From: Phoronis australis
Taxonomy: Eukaryota > Animalia > Phoronida
Direction: 5' to 3'
DNA length: 64,000 bases
Assembly (NCBI GenBank): GCA_002633005.1
Contig: NMRA01000933.1
Coordinates: 1 to 64,000 of the forward strand
The position numbers and the translations under genes are program-made. The notes under the pieces were generated by a model. The model was not told where the DNA came from. It searched no databases and was given only the letters and a program-made list of their open reading frames with translations. Positions 46,401 to 60,702 of this stretch are shown piece by piece. Numbering within the stretch: the stretch's first letter is position 1; every line of letters begins with the position of its first letter.

Positions 46401-49400
46401 CAAAGATTGCGATTATTAGCCTAGACAGTCATCTTGGCTTCGCTGTCAGTAGTAGCGACTAAGTGAAAAAAAATCAGTCAGATTCCAGTCAGTTTTAAAG
46501 CAATTAATACAATGATAGCTTACTCGCCCATAATTAGGCAGCATTCCATCCTCTAGGTTGGCATATTTGCAATCAAGCGTTTGATCTTTTAAGTGGAGAC
46601 TGTTAGAGATTGTGTACTTCATTATGACCAACTCCCATGGGAGGCCAACCCCGCAATGGATGTCGATAATGAGGTGGTGAGGATCTATGCAGGAATATTG
46701 GTGAGCGTCTTTCGCTAAGAAAAAGCGACTAATACAAATTTGACTTCCCACCGGCTAACAGTGGTGATTAATAAGAGTCTGGATGAGTGCTAGGGATGTC
46801 AAAACAACACAATCATCCCCGGTCTTATCAGAACCGATGCCAACATTATAAATTCAGCTACAGTCCGTACACCCACAATTACCAGAAATTCAAGGTTTGT
46901 CTTAGTTGATGTTTGACCTCCTTCCGCAGTCTCAGGAAGCGTGAGTTGTCTTGCTCACATTATCACAACGACAGAGAAGAAATGAAATATAGTTAGAAAA
47001 CTGTCTCGATTACATATAAAAAAGTCAGTCGTTTTCCTTCATTTGAAGGCAATTTAAAACTTGAACTATTTTATTGGGGGCTTTTAAATATAAAAGTGGG
47101 TGTTTTTTCAGGCAGAATGTCTATTGTCCTATTGCGTATCTACACGGCATAACACTATGGACAATGAGATATCAAACATGTGAATTACGCTAAACACTCT
47201 TAAATTTGGGACAACAATAATTATTTAAATTGTCAAATTTTTATTTTTCGGAAACTTGCCACGTTGTTGTAAACGCTCAAAATACTACCAAATGTCGTTT
47301 GGTTATAACTTACGCCATACAAACAATGCTAAAGGCAATGTAAATTTTCCTAAAAAGTTATTTTTGTCTGCCATATTTTGTCCAAACTGATGAATTTTTA
47401 CTGTAGTGAGTCGTAAGAGAACTCCAAAACAGTGTCAGACTTTCTTGGGGATTCGAAGTTACGTGCAGTTGCTAGTGTACATGTTTAGTTAATTTGAACG
47501 CTTTCGATTATCATGTTAAGTTCATTCACCGGGGTCAGCTATCAACCATCCACAGTCTTTTTCGGGGGATTTCATCTAGTAAGAAGCTACTTTCGTATTT
47601 CAAATGCATTATAGGAAGATTGCCTGCTCGTAATCATCTGGTGACACCACATAAAACCTGGTGACTATCACACAAGACGACGGATATCACCACATAAAAG
47701 TAAAAAAAATGAAGTGAGCTACAAATACATAGAATGAATGCTTAGACTTGTGGCAGACCTTTTGCGCGAAAGATTCAAAGTCAAGCCATTCACCAAACGA
47801 TCGTCTATTGTTGAAGTTAAATCTCATGGCTGACCTAAACCGCCAGGGCCTGCATTTCACAGACTCAAGAAACTCGCGGAAACGCAAGATTACACATAAC
47901 TTCAAGAGATATCGCTATTTATTACAATGAAAGTACGCACGAGATCTAAAATCTACGTATTTCCATAGATTCGCAACTTAGATATTTTCTTGCGTACTAT
48001 CCTAGAGGAGGCGCCACTCTCCTAAATTACCAATTTCAATTTCCGGTTAGTGTATTGTGACGGAAAATTCTCGCGTCTATTTTACTGTCTCGTACAACGA
48101 AAAAAAGTGATTTCGGCATTGAAACGTTGTTCAAGGTCTTCCAACAGTACAGTCCAGAAATTTTGAGTGGCACCGGCGTGCATTCGAGTTTAATATGAAA
48201 CGTCAAGTAAACTGCTGTTGAATTGCGAGATTGGTTTTTGAGTAGGCCTGCTGGTTATATTTGGAGTATTAATATGAGCTTTATGTAAAAAGTTAACGTC
48301 TTACGGGCGTTCAATTTATTTAAACATGGATGTGAGTTGGGCAAAATCGCCGATCCAAATCCCGACCAAATGACCATGATTAGCAGACGACGTACTTGCC
48401 GGACGTAAAACTTGCAATTTTGCCAGGTGTCGCTATTGAATAGTGACGTCAGGGCTTATGCTTAAGATCACAGATTTCGTCCATTGAAAATATACGGAGT
48501 TGGCGGTTCATGTACCATAGTCCTTCGGTCACTTTAGGACTTTCCCAATTGAATTGAATTCGAGATAGGATATCGTAGTAGCATTCCTATGTATGTTTTT
48601 TTACCTATTTTCCCCATATATATGAAATTATTTGCGTCACTGCGATATCGTGTTGCCATGTGCTTTGGCTTGTTGTTATATGACATCATAACATGTCTAG
48701 CATATATGCGAAAGTGTTGAATAACTAGTAAAGTTTTATTTCATAATACATTTATAAGAATTTTCTTCAGGTTGTGAAATACTCAGTTAAAATATTGAAC
48801 CAATCAATGATATTACAAGTGTTCGTTGAAAACTTAGAAACAGCCATGGAATGTAAAAAATGAAACATTAACTGAACAGTTGTACTGCAGTGTGTCATTT
48901 TAGCTCAGTTTTCTTGGCCAATTTTTGTGTCTTAGATTCTGGATTGGAAATAGTAATAAAATATGTTCCTCGTGTTGATCACAGTACTAGAAAATATCGG
49001 TGGAAACTGTGTTGATTCCCAGAATTTGAGGTAAGGACTGCGTCGCAAAAAGTAGATTTCACGTTACCAGCGAGGGAGAATCGAGGAACGCTGCGACCAG
49101 ACGATTGCGTCAGTAAAATTACATACTCGATATTAGGTCGCAATTTCTGGTAAACATCTTAGTTATCAGTGTAGATATACCATATGCATCCATAACAAAA
49201 CGTTTTCCTTTGATTTGAATTAGATTTTGGCTGATTTTGTTGAGCCGACTATTGACCTACTTATGATGACCCAGATGGAAGCTGGCAAAGCCTAAAAATA
49301 TAGACCAGTAAAACTGCTTTTGCAGGAATGACGCCTTGGATCAATGTTTTGAGTAACCCAAATTAACGAACCTAATCAAATTTGGCGTTGTTCTCGTGAA

Positions 49401-50209
49401 TTTCCTCCATCAGGAGACTGCACACCGGCCGTGAAACAAAACCTCCACCGTTGTATTCTGATTGGCTCTACCTTCCCGTATTTCACGGTATATATCATGG
49501 GTTATTGAATGACCGTATTTACACATATATGGGATAAACATAGAATATTAACATGATGAAATAGTCATCTCCCGTAATCTACATGTAGAAGCAGAGTGGA
49601 TTTTGGAGAATAATAATTCTCAAAAATCCACGAGAGCTTTAGATAAGGGGGATAACGACTGAGAACATGTGATAATCTATACCGCACACTGATCGATAAA
49701 CATCGCAATTAATCGATCTACCTTTCTCGACTCACCTCGACTTTGGAACTATACTTTTTATGCCAGAGGCCCGGTGTCGGAGGTCCTGACCTTTTAAAAA
49801 ACGCCGAATCATTCTTGCTAATATAATGTTTTCACTAAAAACCAATTGAAAATTTAAACAAAAGTGAAATCAATTGAATCTATAAAAAACGTTTTAAGCA
49901 AACAAACTATCATGTTAAGCTTCCACAGTGAAAATATCGTCGGCTAAAATAGGTTCCCATTAGTTATTGAGTAAAATGTCCAAGTTGAAGATTCCCGACG
50001 ACGTGTTGCCCACATTTAAACTGGAGATCGAGGACTGACAATTGAAAGAAAATGACAGATAAAGTCTACTGAATTAAAGGTGGCGTTTTTATTGAAATAG
50101 TATGTCTTATTTCTCACAGCGTAATAAATATCGGTACAATGCGGTTTATCGAACATGCAATTAGTTCACGTCCTCATTTAAGAATTAATTTTCACGTAAG
50201 ATGACGTTA

Positions 50210-50292
50210 GCTTCTGAATAGCTCAGTGGTTAAGGCTACGGCTGTCGATACACGAAACTTGAATAAAACATGTTTGAATCCGGCCTCGGGTT
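50210..50292 (+). other. tRNA-derived (SINE-head-like) relic
   Basis: A-box-like tagctcagtggtt and B-box-like gtttgaatcc; no convincing cloverleaf. Confidence 0.35.
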
Positions 50293-51591
50293 CCCGCCAA
50301 AATGTTATTCAACACGCGTTGATTAACAAATTGGGTTAATCAACGGTTGTAATGGCCATGTCAAGCTGGTTATGCGGTATGAATATCTATGTATCTATAG
50401 GATATCGTTATAGGGAAAGTGCAACGAATGTTGCATCAAAATGAGCGTGTTGTGATATCACAGAATTAAGATGCCATTGTGGAATTACGTAGGTGGATCG
50501 GCAGTATAGTATTTGATCACTTTTTCACTTGATAAATGGGATTGAAATGTCTCGGTGGGGCGACAAGTTGATAATCATTTTTCATGCTGACATGTTCAAT
50601 TCACTCGTGATCATTTTGCAAGGTCACACCAAGAGGGGACACAGCGACTGGAACATAAATCGTCTCTTTAAAAAGGTATCAATCTTTGTTTCAATTCAGA
50701 TTCTTGTTTTGTATTTTGGAAAATGAAGGTAATTTTTAAACTCGGTTTCAAGTGGACACAAATGACATTATTCATCGAATTGCATATATTGGCAAAACAG
50801 GCTGACCGAGATCTGGCTTCAAAGCTTAGGCAACATCTTGTGTTGCTTCAGAAATACGACTGTAAAGAAACTTTGATTTTTACCATAACCATTGGACATA
50901 AGACACTTCGAAGGAAACGCTTGCTTAGTTATTTGCCTTTTAGTTTACTTGATAAATCCCAATTATTCCAAGCCCCAGAGACGCTGAAAAGAAAGCCTCA
51001 CTGCTCGAAATTATATGGAGATCTATCTGCAAGTTTGCCATCTCCGCATGTGGTCGGACAGTAACAAACCATTGTTGATACTAAATAAAACAAAGCTGGA
51101 TCACCATAAATGCGCCACGAAAGCTCAGTGAAACATTCAAATGCAGACAGATTGAGTTGCTTGCCATTAACGAGCAGGGCATCACAGCGTTGTCAATATG
51201 GTGATGTATCGACTCTTTTTTTACATAGTCATTCAGTTTCAATTAATACCTATTAACTGTCAGCGAGAGCTCGTGGAAGCCTTATTCAAGTCACAACACG
51301 CCACCTACTTGTTTGCTAAATCTGTGATTTGTTTGCGAAATCTGAAATCGAGACACGTGATTTCTTTTTCACTTAACTCGTATCTTTTTTCATAACAACA
51401 TCTTGCCTCATTTTCTTGTCAATAACGTTTTCAACTTCTCAACAAATCTTGCCTCCTTAACCCAAAATTTAAAATATGAAATTTTAAATTTTAATGCATA
51501 TGTATTCAGAATATAACAAACCCCCATAACCACGCATTGATCATATTTTCTCCACTGGTTATATCTTTATTCATATGTATAAGTATACATG

Positions 51592-51594
51592 TAC

Positions 51595-51631
<37 letters not shown>

Positions 51632-51770
51632 CATGCGTGTGTGTACGTACACACACAAAAACACGCACACACCACACACACAAACGCACGCACGCACACT
51701 CACCCACCCACACACGCACACGCACACGCACACGCACACACACACACACACACACATACAGACACACACA
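51592..51770. repeat. Compound microsatellite (TA)n(TG)n...(CA)n
   Basis: Directly visible; explains the overlapping low-complexity ORFs. Confidence 0.97.
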
Positions 51771-53512
51771 TTTCATTTATTTACGTGGGCAGTTTTTATC
51801 CCACCTTCACAGTTTCTCGTGTCATCACATCAGAATTTTCTATCATCATAAAACATTGTCCCTGATCCCAGTGTTTGTTTTCTCACAGTTAACTAGCTTC
51901 TGGAGGCCGTCTCCGTTAGTGGACATAAAATTAATTTTATTTTCCTGTAACACTGTAACTGTATCTTCATCAAAACCGTCAAAACTCTACAGAAATTAGA
52001 AATGAACAATTGGTTATATAATTAACCACCTGAACTTAATGGATTTCTTGAACTTGAAAATCGTTGGAGCTAGCTTCACTGACCAGCTTTTCTTTTGCAA
52101 ATAATTTTAAGAACTTTCATAATAATTTATAATCTTGCGTTGATGGGATTCAACACAGTTTCAATTGATCATTGAATTTTTAAAATTTTGATATTTTGTG
52201 TTTGGCCTACTAGAAATCAGCAAAACAAGGCGGAGGTCATCCAACTAGTTTTTTTCCTTACAGCCACCTAACCAGAGAAATCTCTGGTGGCAAAAATATG
52301 AAATTTACATTGGTTACTGAAAAGTCACATCTAATTGATTGAAATCGAATTAATTTCTTCGCACGATGTTAGTTTATACTGAACGAATCTAATTACATTT
52401 TCCGGTTCATGGATTTTCATACGTCGGAGCAAGTGAACGATTATTTCTGCATTAAAAACGTCTCAGATTGTAGCTTTATGGCTTCTACGCAGAGATTCAC
52501 CATTAGAACGTTTTATTGCGATGGCTCTCATGATTTCCGCGAAATAAGAAAAACAGAGTGTCCACCTAGGTAAAATACTGCGAAATTTGAGCTTCTCAAA
52601 AGCGCTCCAGAACAGTGCTGTGCTGCATATCACTAGATGACAATCATGTTACGTTGTTGGGAAAGTCTTTAAGTCAAATTTGCCGTCTTACCGCGAATTA
52701 GGTGACATTTCATGTTCATGTTATTTTTGTCACGCAATTCTCGTGTTTAGTATGACTCACTCACTATTGTTTAAGTGATGTTATCAGGGAGAAAAACTCT
52801 TTTCCGAGATTATGGATTCAAACCTGGAAACTTGCACGGTACTGGCTGAGCTAAATACCACTCTATGAGTGACAAAAAATTTAAGCGCCTAGGTAATGTA
52901 ACCCTCCTTGATTTCAGCGAATGTCTGGTAGACAACGGATAGAATTGGTGATTTGTAATAAAATCACAGAAAATACAACTGATTTTGTTACTCTATAACT
53001 CTGATCAAAGCTAACAGTTTAAAAAAATCTGTCCCATCCACCAATTATCCCCAAAAGGCGTTTTTCGGACGTAAAACCGATAATGTCTAACTTAGTAGTG
53101 TAATCTAGTCATGAAAAACAACTTAAACAGCCAAAAATTGCGACCGTTGGCTAGATGCTATGTTGCTTATGAATTCGTTTGTCATTTGGACGATTGTAGT
53201 CGTCCGCAGTACTCGTACGCATAGTTACGTCGGCCACACGGCATATTCTCTTTCCTGGTACCTATCCATGCATTTGCACAGAGGTTCGATAGAAGACCAT
53301 TTTCTACACTGCCTTGGCCCTAAAATTACTAGGCACGACATCGGTGACAACACAGTAATTCGGTCTGTTGAGCATGGCACCTACAGGTTCAAGATACTGA
53401 AATCATCAAAGATTACTTGCGAAAAACCTGTGTTGAATGAGCAGCTACCTCACAGGGTTGTGCCGCTTGCTGTCTCCGTTTTACTAGTACATGTATTCTT
53501 TAGTACTACTAT

Positions 53513-53654
53513 CCGAGGCGGATCCAGGATTTTTAGTTAGCATTAGCCAGGATTTTTCCCGTCAGACATTCGCAGCCCCGTACAGCCAAATGGAATCTGG
53601 GAGAATTTTAGGGGGGAGGCATGGCCCCCTTGCCCCTCTCTAAATCCGCCACTG
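53513..53654. mobile_element. hAT-like MITE with 5-bp TSD ACTAT
   Basis: ccgaggcggatcca ... taaatccgccactg; ACTAT at 53508-53512 and 53655-53659. Confidence 0.8.
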
Positions 53655-54640
53655 ACTATTGGTTTGCATCGAAATGGGTCACAACCCTTCGTCATACATT
53701 CTTGCAATCCTGTGTCATTGTATTTCTGCCTGATGATGAGGCAGGAACAATCTCGTATCAATAGTATTCTTAGGTCTCATGGGCGTCTGCTTTATTGTTG
53801 GACTGCAAACGGCCATCAAAGATACAGAGAGCTCGAGTGAACACCGCTAAAAATTATAAATCGTGAACATTGTGTGTTGAAGAGTTGAATTGTCACGAAT
53901 CATGTGATCAATTTTGTCTTTCAATGTTATCAGCTAATTGTTTTACAATCAGCGTATCACGAAGCAAATTATAAAACTGCGGTGTGTCCTGTCCTTAGCG
54001 CTTTCTCGAGGTGACACTTGCAAGGGCCAACAGAAACTTCTTCGGGTGTCAGATGTTATCAGACACGTTGTTTTGACCGAGCTCTGATCAAAACTAATAA
54101 CTTCAAAAACTCTATCCCACCAAACAATAATCACAAACCTCGTTTTTCGACCGAAAAACCACAGTGTTTCGACAGCCCCGCGACTTTTTCGAAAACTGTG
54201 GCAAACCCCCCGATTATTATTATACAGGAGGGAGCAAACTGGACACTTCTCTTGTTCGAGCTTTCTTCCTCTGTCTGAGGAGGGCATAAATTTAGTAACT
54301 GGCTAGATGAAAACGATAAAAATGCACTTTCCTTGGCGACGACCACAAGTTTGTAAATAAGAAAATTATGCAAAACGTAAATTAAAAGCCTTTCACACTT
54401 AGTTGACGCTTCGGTGTTTAGGGGAGTGTTGAGGTCAATAGAAAGGCTTAAACTCTGTCTTGGGTCAGCTTAAGTTCACTTCGCAGTAAACAGGTGGATT
54501 TAATAACAAAGGGTCGACTCGTCGCTACAGTGCAGTGTTAATGGTGAAGGCCATATTACGCCACCTTGAGATAACTTCGATTACGATAGCTTAACCTAAC
54601 GATAAATCCGATGTGTGTTACAGAAGGTAATGAGAAAGAT

Positions 54641-54715
54641 CAAGTTAACTTCGCACAAGTTAACTTCGCACAAGTTAACTTCGCACAAGTTAACTTCGCA
54701 CAAGTTAACTTCGCA
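54641..54715. repeat. 15-bp minisatellite (CAAGTTAACTTCGCA)x5
   Basis: Five perfect units; only two units in the duplicate (58092-58121). Confidence 0.97.
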
Positions 54716-55394
54716 GTTTACGCCGACGCTTCGCTAGCACCCGATTCAACTTTGTACTGACAAGGCTGCAGTACTAAACAAACTTTCCGCAACCAGTCCA
54801 CATGTAAACACGTTCCGTGCCCCGAGTTTCCTAGTTTAAACAATAAACGTTTAGTAACCCATTTATTGGAAACACAGATTGTGTTAAATCTTTCGGACAT
54901 TTGACACAACGTTAAATTCAAACTGGGGTGGTGTATTTTCAGCAGTGACTGACTGAACACGTTAAAAAGAAACTGACGATACAGACACCTCGGTGACATA
55001 TTTAATCTCTCCACATAACTAATAGAGACTTGGCAAGAATAAATCATTTTGATGTATATCGAAACATACATGTATAACGGTGGTTCGTGTTTTTACGGAA
55101 GTTAGCGCATTTTTCTTATTTCCTCGTACCTCCCAAAAGTGCGCTCATGCGTGCTTTCAGAAAGAAGTACAGACAACAACTTGACCACGTGTAGACATGT
55201 ATGTTCTGCCCAACCTATATCTCATCTTTGTACCTTTAGACCGGGACCCCAGAGCTTTTTCGGACATGAAAAGGTAACCAATTTCCTTTGGTGCCACAGT
55301 GCTCTGTGGGTATCCTCATGCTTGGAAATGGCCGTCTGGCAGGTTCGCTCTGGTGGGTGTGGTCAGGGGATTCAAGAGAATGACACTCAAAAAT

Positions 55395-55985
55395 TGAGCT
55401 AGATCAACTTTTCTGGTAACTACTTTAAACCGCCTTGGATACCTCCTACGTAATCCACTGCATCAAAATTGGTCACTGCCAGACAATTTCAGTGGTGGGG
55501 CGTATCAGCCAGACGGTTATAAACAAGTTAAAAAAATTGAGCTAGATCAATCCAAGAGGTAACCACATGAAACCAGTTGCAAAATATTCACGTGAGCACA
55601 GGTATCACGAATGGACACTGCCAGACAAATCTAGTGGTGGGTTAGCCCCGCCAGACACGCCTTAATACCTGAGTTGAGCTAGATCAACCCACTAGGTAAC
55701 TGTTTGAAACCAATTGCACGATGCTCAGTATCACTGCACATCGCATAACAGTAAGATGCTAGACAATTTCAGCGGTGAGTGGTACCCTTGCCAGACCACT
55801 AAAGAAAGGGATAAAATTTGAGGTAAATCAACCCAAGAGGTAACTGCATGAAACCAGTTGGAAAATATTCTACGTAAGCCCATGTATCATGAATAAACGC
55901 TGCGAGACAAGTCTTGAGGTGGGTTAGCCAGCCACACACGACCAAATATCTGAGTTGGGCCAGATTTATCCGCCAGGTAAGTGTT
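55395..55985 (+). repeat. ~140-bp diverged tandem array (~4.3 units)
   Basis: ttgagctagatcaa..ggtaac..tgccagacaa..gtggtggg..gccagac recurs at ~55395, 55537, 55675, 55818 and 55954; fewer than two units in the duplicate (58790-59028). Confidence 0.85.
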
Positions 55986-56620
55986 TGCATAATGTCAAAC
56001 AACATTCTGCATGCAACAAAGGTACTTTACAGGATTTTTCAGCCGTGAGGCAGTATCATGCAGAGATTTGGTCGATGCAGGGGCGACTTTTTATTGGACG
56101 CCTCCCTCAACTCAAATGCACATATTCTATTGAGGCCCGTAGCCAGCATTGAGTGGGGGTGGTTCGAATTTGAAGAACGGTGGACCTTTGATATTTTGCA
56201 AACGTCGACACTGTAGAGTTTTCGGCAAGGCCTTTGACGCAGCTCAATTAGGGGGAAGGGAAATCTGTATGCACAACGATGACTCTCAGCTCTGTCTTCA
56301 TGAGATGAGACGGAATTTGTACAATACCAGAAAGAGGATACTGTGACGGTTGCTTGCAAAGAACGGGAGACAAATTCGGGTGTAATGTGGTCCAGAAAGA
56401 GAACATTCTCGCATTATCTCCTGCCGAAGTTTCAAATCAGCCATGTTTCAATGAGTGATTGCACCTCATTGCATACTCAGACGGAAATATGAAGTTTAGT
56501 CGGCAAATGACTTAATAGCGGAGTTGCAACGCCGCCATATTGGAAATGGGTCAGAATGTTGCATTGTGGTTAAGCCGGTAAACAAGTACGTCGGCAAGCG
56601 TGGGGGCGAACCGGCCACAG

Positions 56621-56910
56621 GGAGGTTATACGTGTTGTGAGCCTGGCATGCTATAATACCAGTTAGCGAAATAAAAAGTTTAGTTACTACCTGTTTCCCA
56701 AGGATCAAGAACTGCGTTAAACATGGGTCAGAGACATCGGTAGAGCTGGTAGCAAAGGCCGACTTCGTGAATTCTTTCCGACTTCGTAGCATAAAGTGTG
56801 CAGCGCTCATTTTGAGGGCGGCAAGAAAACGTATCTTAGAAACTGCCCAACAATATCTCCCTTCAAAGAAACAGTAACAAATACTCCACGGCGGTTGGTA
56901 GTGAAAAAAA
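56621..56910 (+). pseudogene. THAP-domain relic (5' part of an ISL2EU-like transposase), copy 1; element left end at 56517
   Basis: GGYTCCEPG/CYNTS*RNKKFSYYLFPKDQELR*TWVRDIGRAGSKGRLREFFPTS*HKVCSAHFEGGKKTYLRNCPTI. Confidence 0.85.
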
Positions 56911-56930
56911 ANATTCTTTGGCACTACTAT

Positions 56931-57087
56931 CAGGGGCGGATCCAGGATTTTTAGCTGGGGAGGGGGACAGGGTACAGCATTAGCCAGGATTTTGCCCTTC
57001 AGACATTCGCAGCCCCGTACAGCCAAATGGAATCTGGGAGAATTTTAGGGGGTATGGCCCGCTTGTGCTCCTCTAAATCCGCCACTG
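56931..57087. mobile_element. hAT-like MITE with 5-bp TSD ACTAT (duplicate of 53513-53654)
   Basis: caggggcggatccag ... ctaaatccgccactg; ACTAT at 56926-56930 and 57088-57092. Confidence 0.85.
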
Positions 57088-59593
57088 ACTATTGGTTTGC
57101 ATCGAAATGGGTCACAACCCTTCGTCATACATTCTTGTAACCATGTGTCACTGTATTTCTGCCTGATGATGAGGCAGGAACAATCTCGTATCAATAGTAT
57201 TCTTAGGTCTCATGGGCGTCTGCTTTATTGTTGGACTGCAAACGGCCGTCAAAGATACAGAGAGCTCGAGTGAACATCGCTAAAAATTATAAATCGCGAA
57301 CATTGTGTGTTGAAGAGTTGAATTGTCATGAATCATGTGATCAATTTTGTCTTTCAATGTTATCAGCTATAATTGTTTTACAATCAGCGTATCACGAAGC
57401 AAATTATAAAACTGCGGTGTATCCTGTCCTTAGCGCTTTCTCGAGGTGGCAATTGCAAGGGCCAACAGAAACTTCTTCGGGTGTCAGATGCTATCAGACA
57501 CGTTGTTTTGACCGAGCTCTGATCAAAACTAATAACTTCAAAAACTCTATCCCACCAAACAATAATCACAAACCTCGTCTTCGACCGCAAAACCATAGTG
57601 TTTCGACAGCCCCGCGACTTTTTCGAAAACTGTGACAAACCCCCCAATTATTATTGTACAGGAGGGAGTAAACTGGACACTTCTCTTGTTCGAGCTTTCT
57701 TCCTCTGTCTAAGGACGGCATAACTTTAGTAACTGGCCAGATGAAAACGATAAAAATGCACTTTCCTTGGCGACGACCACAAGTTTGTAAACAAGAAAAT
57801 TATGCAAAACGTAAATTAAAAGCCTTTCACACTAAGTTGACGCTTCAGTGTTTAGGGGAGTGTAGGTCAATAGGAAGGCTTAAACTCGGTCTTGGGTCAG
57901 CTTAAGTTCACTTCGCAGTAAACAGGTGGATTTAATAACAAAGGGTCGACTCGTCGCTACAGTGCCGGAACGCCCAATTGCGGTGTTAACGGTGAAGGTC
58001 GTATACGCCACCTTGAGATAACTTCGATTTCGATAGCGTAACCTAACGATAAATCCGATGTGTGTTAGTTACAGAAGGTAATGAGAAAGCTCAAATTAAC
58101 TTCGCACAAGTTAACTTCGCAGTTTACGCCGATTCTTCGATAGCACCCGATTCAACTTTGTACTGACAAGGCTGCAGTACTAAATAAACTTTCCGCAGCC
58201 AGTCCAAATGAAAACACGTTCCGTGTCCCGAATTTCCTAGCTTAAACAATAAACGTTTAGTTACCCATTTATTGGAAACACAGATTGTGTTAAATCTTTT
58301 GGACATTTGACACGACGTTAAATTCAAACTGGGGTGGTGTATTTTCAGCAGTGGCTGACTGAACACGTTAAAAAGAAACTGCCTATACAGACACCTCGGT
58401 GACATATTTAATCTCTCCACATAACTAACAGAGACTTGGCAAGACTAAATCATTTTGATGTATATCGAAACATGTAACGGTGGTCCGTATTTTTACAGAA
58501 GTTGGCGCATTTTTCTTATTTCCCCGTATCTCCCAAAAAGTGCCCTCATGCGTGCTTTCAGAAAGAAGTACAGACAACAACTTGACCACGCGCAGACATG
58601 TATGTTCTGCCCAACATCTCGTATTTGTACCTTTAGACCGGGACCACAGAGCTTTTTTGGGCATGAAAGGGTAACCAGTTTCCTTTGGTGCCACAGTGCT
58701 CTATGGGTATCCTCGTGCTTGGATATGGCCGTCTGGCAGGTTCGCTTTGGCGGGTGTGGTCAGGGGAGCCAAGAGAATGACACTCAAAAATTCAGCTAGG
58801 TCAACTTATCTGGTAACCTTCGATATCTATTACCTAATCCACTGTATCAAAATTGGTCACTGCCAGACAATTTCAGTGGTGGGGAGTATCAGCCAGACGG
58901 TTATAAACAAGTTAAAAAATTGAGCTAGATCAATCCAAGAGGTAACCACATGAAACCAGTTGCAAAATATTCACCGTGAGCACAGGTATCACGAATGAAC
59001 ACTGCCAGACAAATCTAGTGGTGGGTTAGCATGCAGAGATTTGGTCGATACAGGGGCGACTTTTTATTGGACGCCTCCCTCAACTCAAATGCATATATTC
59101 TATTGAGGCTCGTAGCCAGCATTGAGTGGGGGTGGTTCGAATTTGAAGAACGGTGGACCTTTGATATTTTGCAAACGTCGACACTGTAGAGTTTTCGGCA
59201 AGGCCTTTGACGCAGCTCAATTAGGGGGAAGGGAAATCTGTATGCACAACGATGACTCTCAGCTCTGTCTTCATGAGATGAGACGGAATTTGTACAATAC
59301 CAGAAAGAGGATACTGTGACGGTTGCTTGCAAAGAACGGGAGACAAATTCGGGTGTAATGTGGTCCAGAAAGAGAACATTCTCGCATTATCTCCTGCCGA
59401 AGTTTCAAATCAGCCATGTTTCAATGAGTGATTGCACCTCATTGCATACTCAGACGGAAATATGAAGTTTAGTCGGCAAATGACTTAATAGCGGAGTTGC
59501 AACGCCGCCATATTGGAAATGGGTCAGAATGTTGCATTGTGGTTAAGCCGGTAAACAAGTACGTCGGCAAGCGTGGGGGCGAACCGGCCACAG

Positions 59594-59825
59594 GGAGGTT
59601 ATACGTGTTGTGAGCCTGGCATGCTATAATACCAGTTAGCGAAATAAAAAGTTTAGTTACTACCTGTTTCCCAAGGATCAAGAACTGCGTTAAACATGGG
59701 TCAGAGACATCGGTAGAGCTGGTAGCAAAGGCCGACTTCGTGAATTCTTTCCGACTTCGTAGCATAAAGTGTGCAGCGCTCATTTTGAGGGCGGCAAGAA
59801 AACGTATCTTAGAAACTGCCCAACA
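59594..59825 (+). pseudogene. THAP-domain relic, copy 2 (cut by the gap)
   Basis: Apparently identical to 56621-56852. Confidence 0.85.
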
Positions 59826-60702
59826 NNNNNNNNNNNNNNNNNNNNNNNNNNNNNNNNNNNNNNNNNNNNNNNNNNNNNNNNNNNNNNNNNNNNNNNNNNN
59901 NNNNNNNNNNNNNNNNNNNNNNNNNNNNNNNNNNNNNNNNNNNNNNNNNNNNNNNNNNNNNNNNNNNNNNNNNNNNNNNNNNNNNNNNNNNNNNNNNNNN
60001 NNNNNNNNNNNNNNNNNNNNNNNNNNNNNNNNNNNNNNNNNNNNNNNNNNNNNNNNNNNNNNNNNNNNNNNNNNNNNNNNNNNNNNNNNNNNNNNNNNNN
60101 NNNNNNNNNNNNNNNNNNNNNNNNNNNNNNNNNNNNNNNNNNNNNNNNNNNNNNNNNNNNNNNNNNNNNNNNNNNNNNNNNNNNNNNNNNNNNNNNNNNN
60201 NNNNNNNNNNNNNNNNNNNNNNNNNNNNNNNNNNNNNNNNNNNNNNNNNNNNNNNNNNNNNNNNNNNNNNNNNNNNNNNNNNNNNNNNNNNNNNNNNNNN
60301 NNNNNNNNNNNNNNNNNNNNNNNNNNNNNNNNNNNNNNNNNNNNNNNNNNNNNNNNNNNNNNNNNNNNNNNNNNNNNNNNNNNNNNNNNNNNNNNNNNNN
60401 NNNNNNNNNNNNNNNNNNNNNNNNNNNNNNNNNNNNNNNNNNNNNNNNNNNNNNNNNNNNNNNNNNNNNNNNNNNNNNNNNNNNNNNNNNNNNNNNNNNN
60501 NNNNNNNNNNNNNNNNNNNNNNNNNNNNNNNNNNNNNNNNNNNNNNNNNNNNNNNNNNNNNNNNNNNNNNNNNNNNNNNNNNNNNNNNNNNNNNNNNNNN
60601 NNNNNNNNNNNNNNNNNNNNNNNNNNNNNNNNNNNNNNNNNNNNNNNNNNNNNNNNNNNNNNNNNNNNNNNNNNNNNNNNNNNNNNNNNNNNNNNNNNNN
60701 NN
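59826..60702. other. Assembly gap
   Basis: Run of N. Confidence 1.

Larger units (their letters stand above)
53495..59825 (+). repeat. ~3.4-kb tandem duplication (53495-56911 and 56913-59825), probably uncollapsed haplotypes
   Basis: Colinear throughout; the junction is exactly a single N (56912) and copy 2 runs into a gap. Confidence 0.95.

Noticed and set aside
46446-46751. 101-aa minus ORF with PWE...KYANL, reminiscent of an RLE endonuclease
   Set aside because: Spacing and the other catalytic motifs do not fit; the similarity could be chance
50210-50292. Functional tRNA gene
   Set aside because: Acceptor and anticodon stems do not pair; only A/B-box remnants remain
51506-51999. His/Thr- and Cys/Val-repeat ORFs
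   Set aside because: Translations of the (CA)n/(TG)n microsatellite
55395-55985. CRISPR-like array
   Set aside because: Eukaryotic context, whole units are homologous (no unique spacers), and no cas genes
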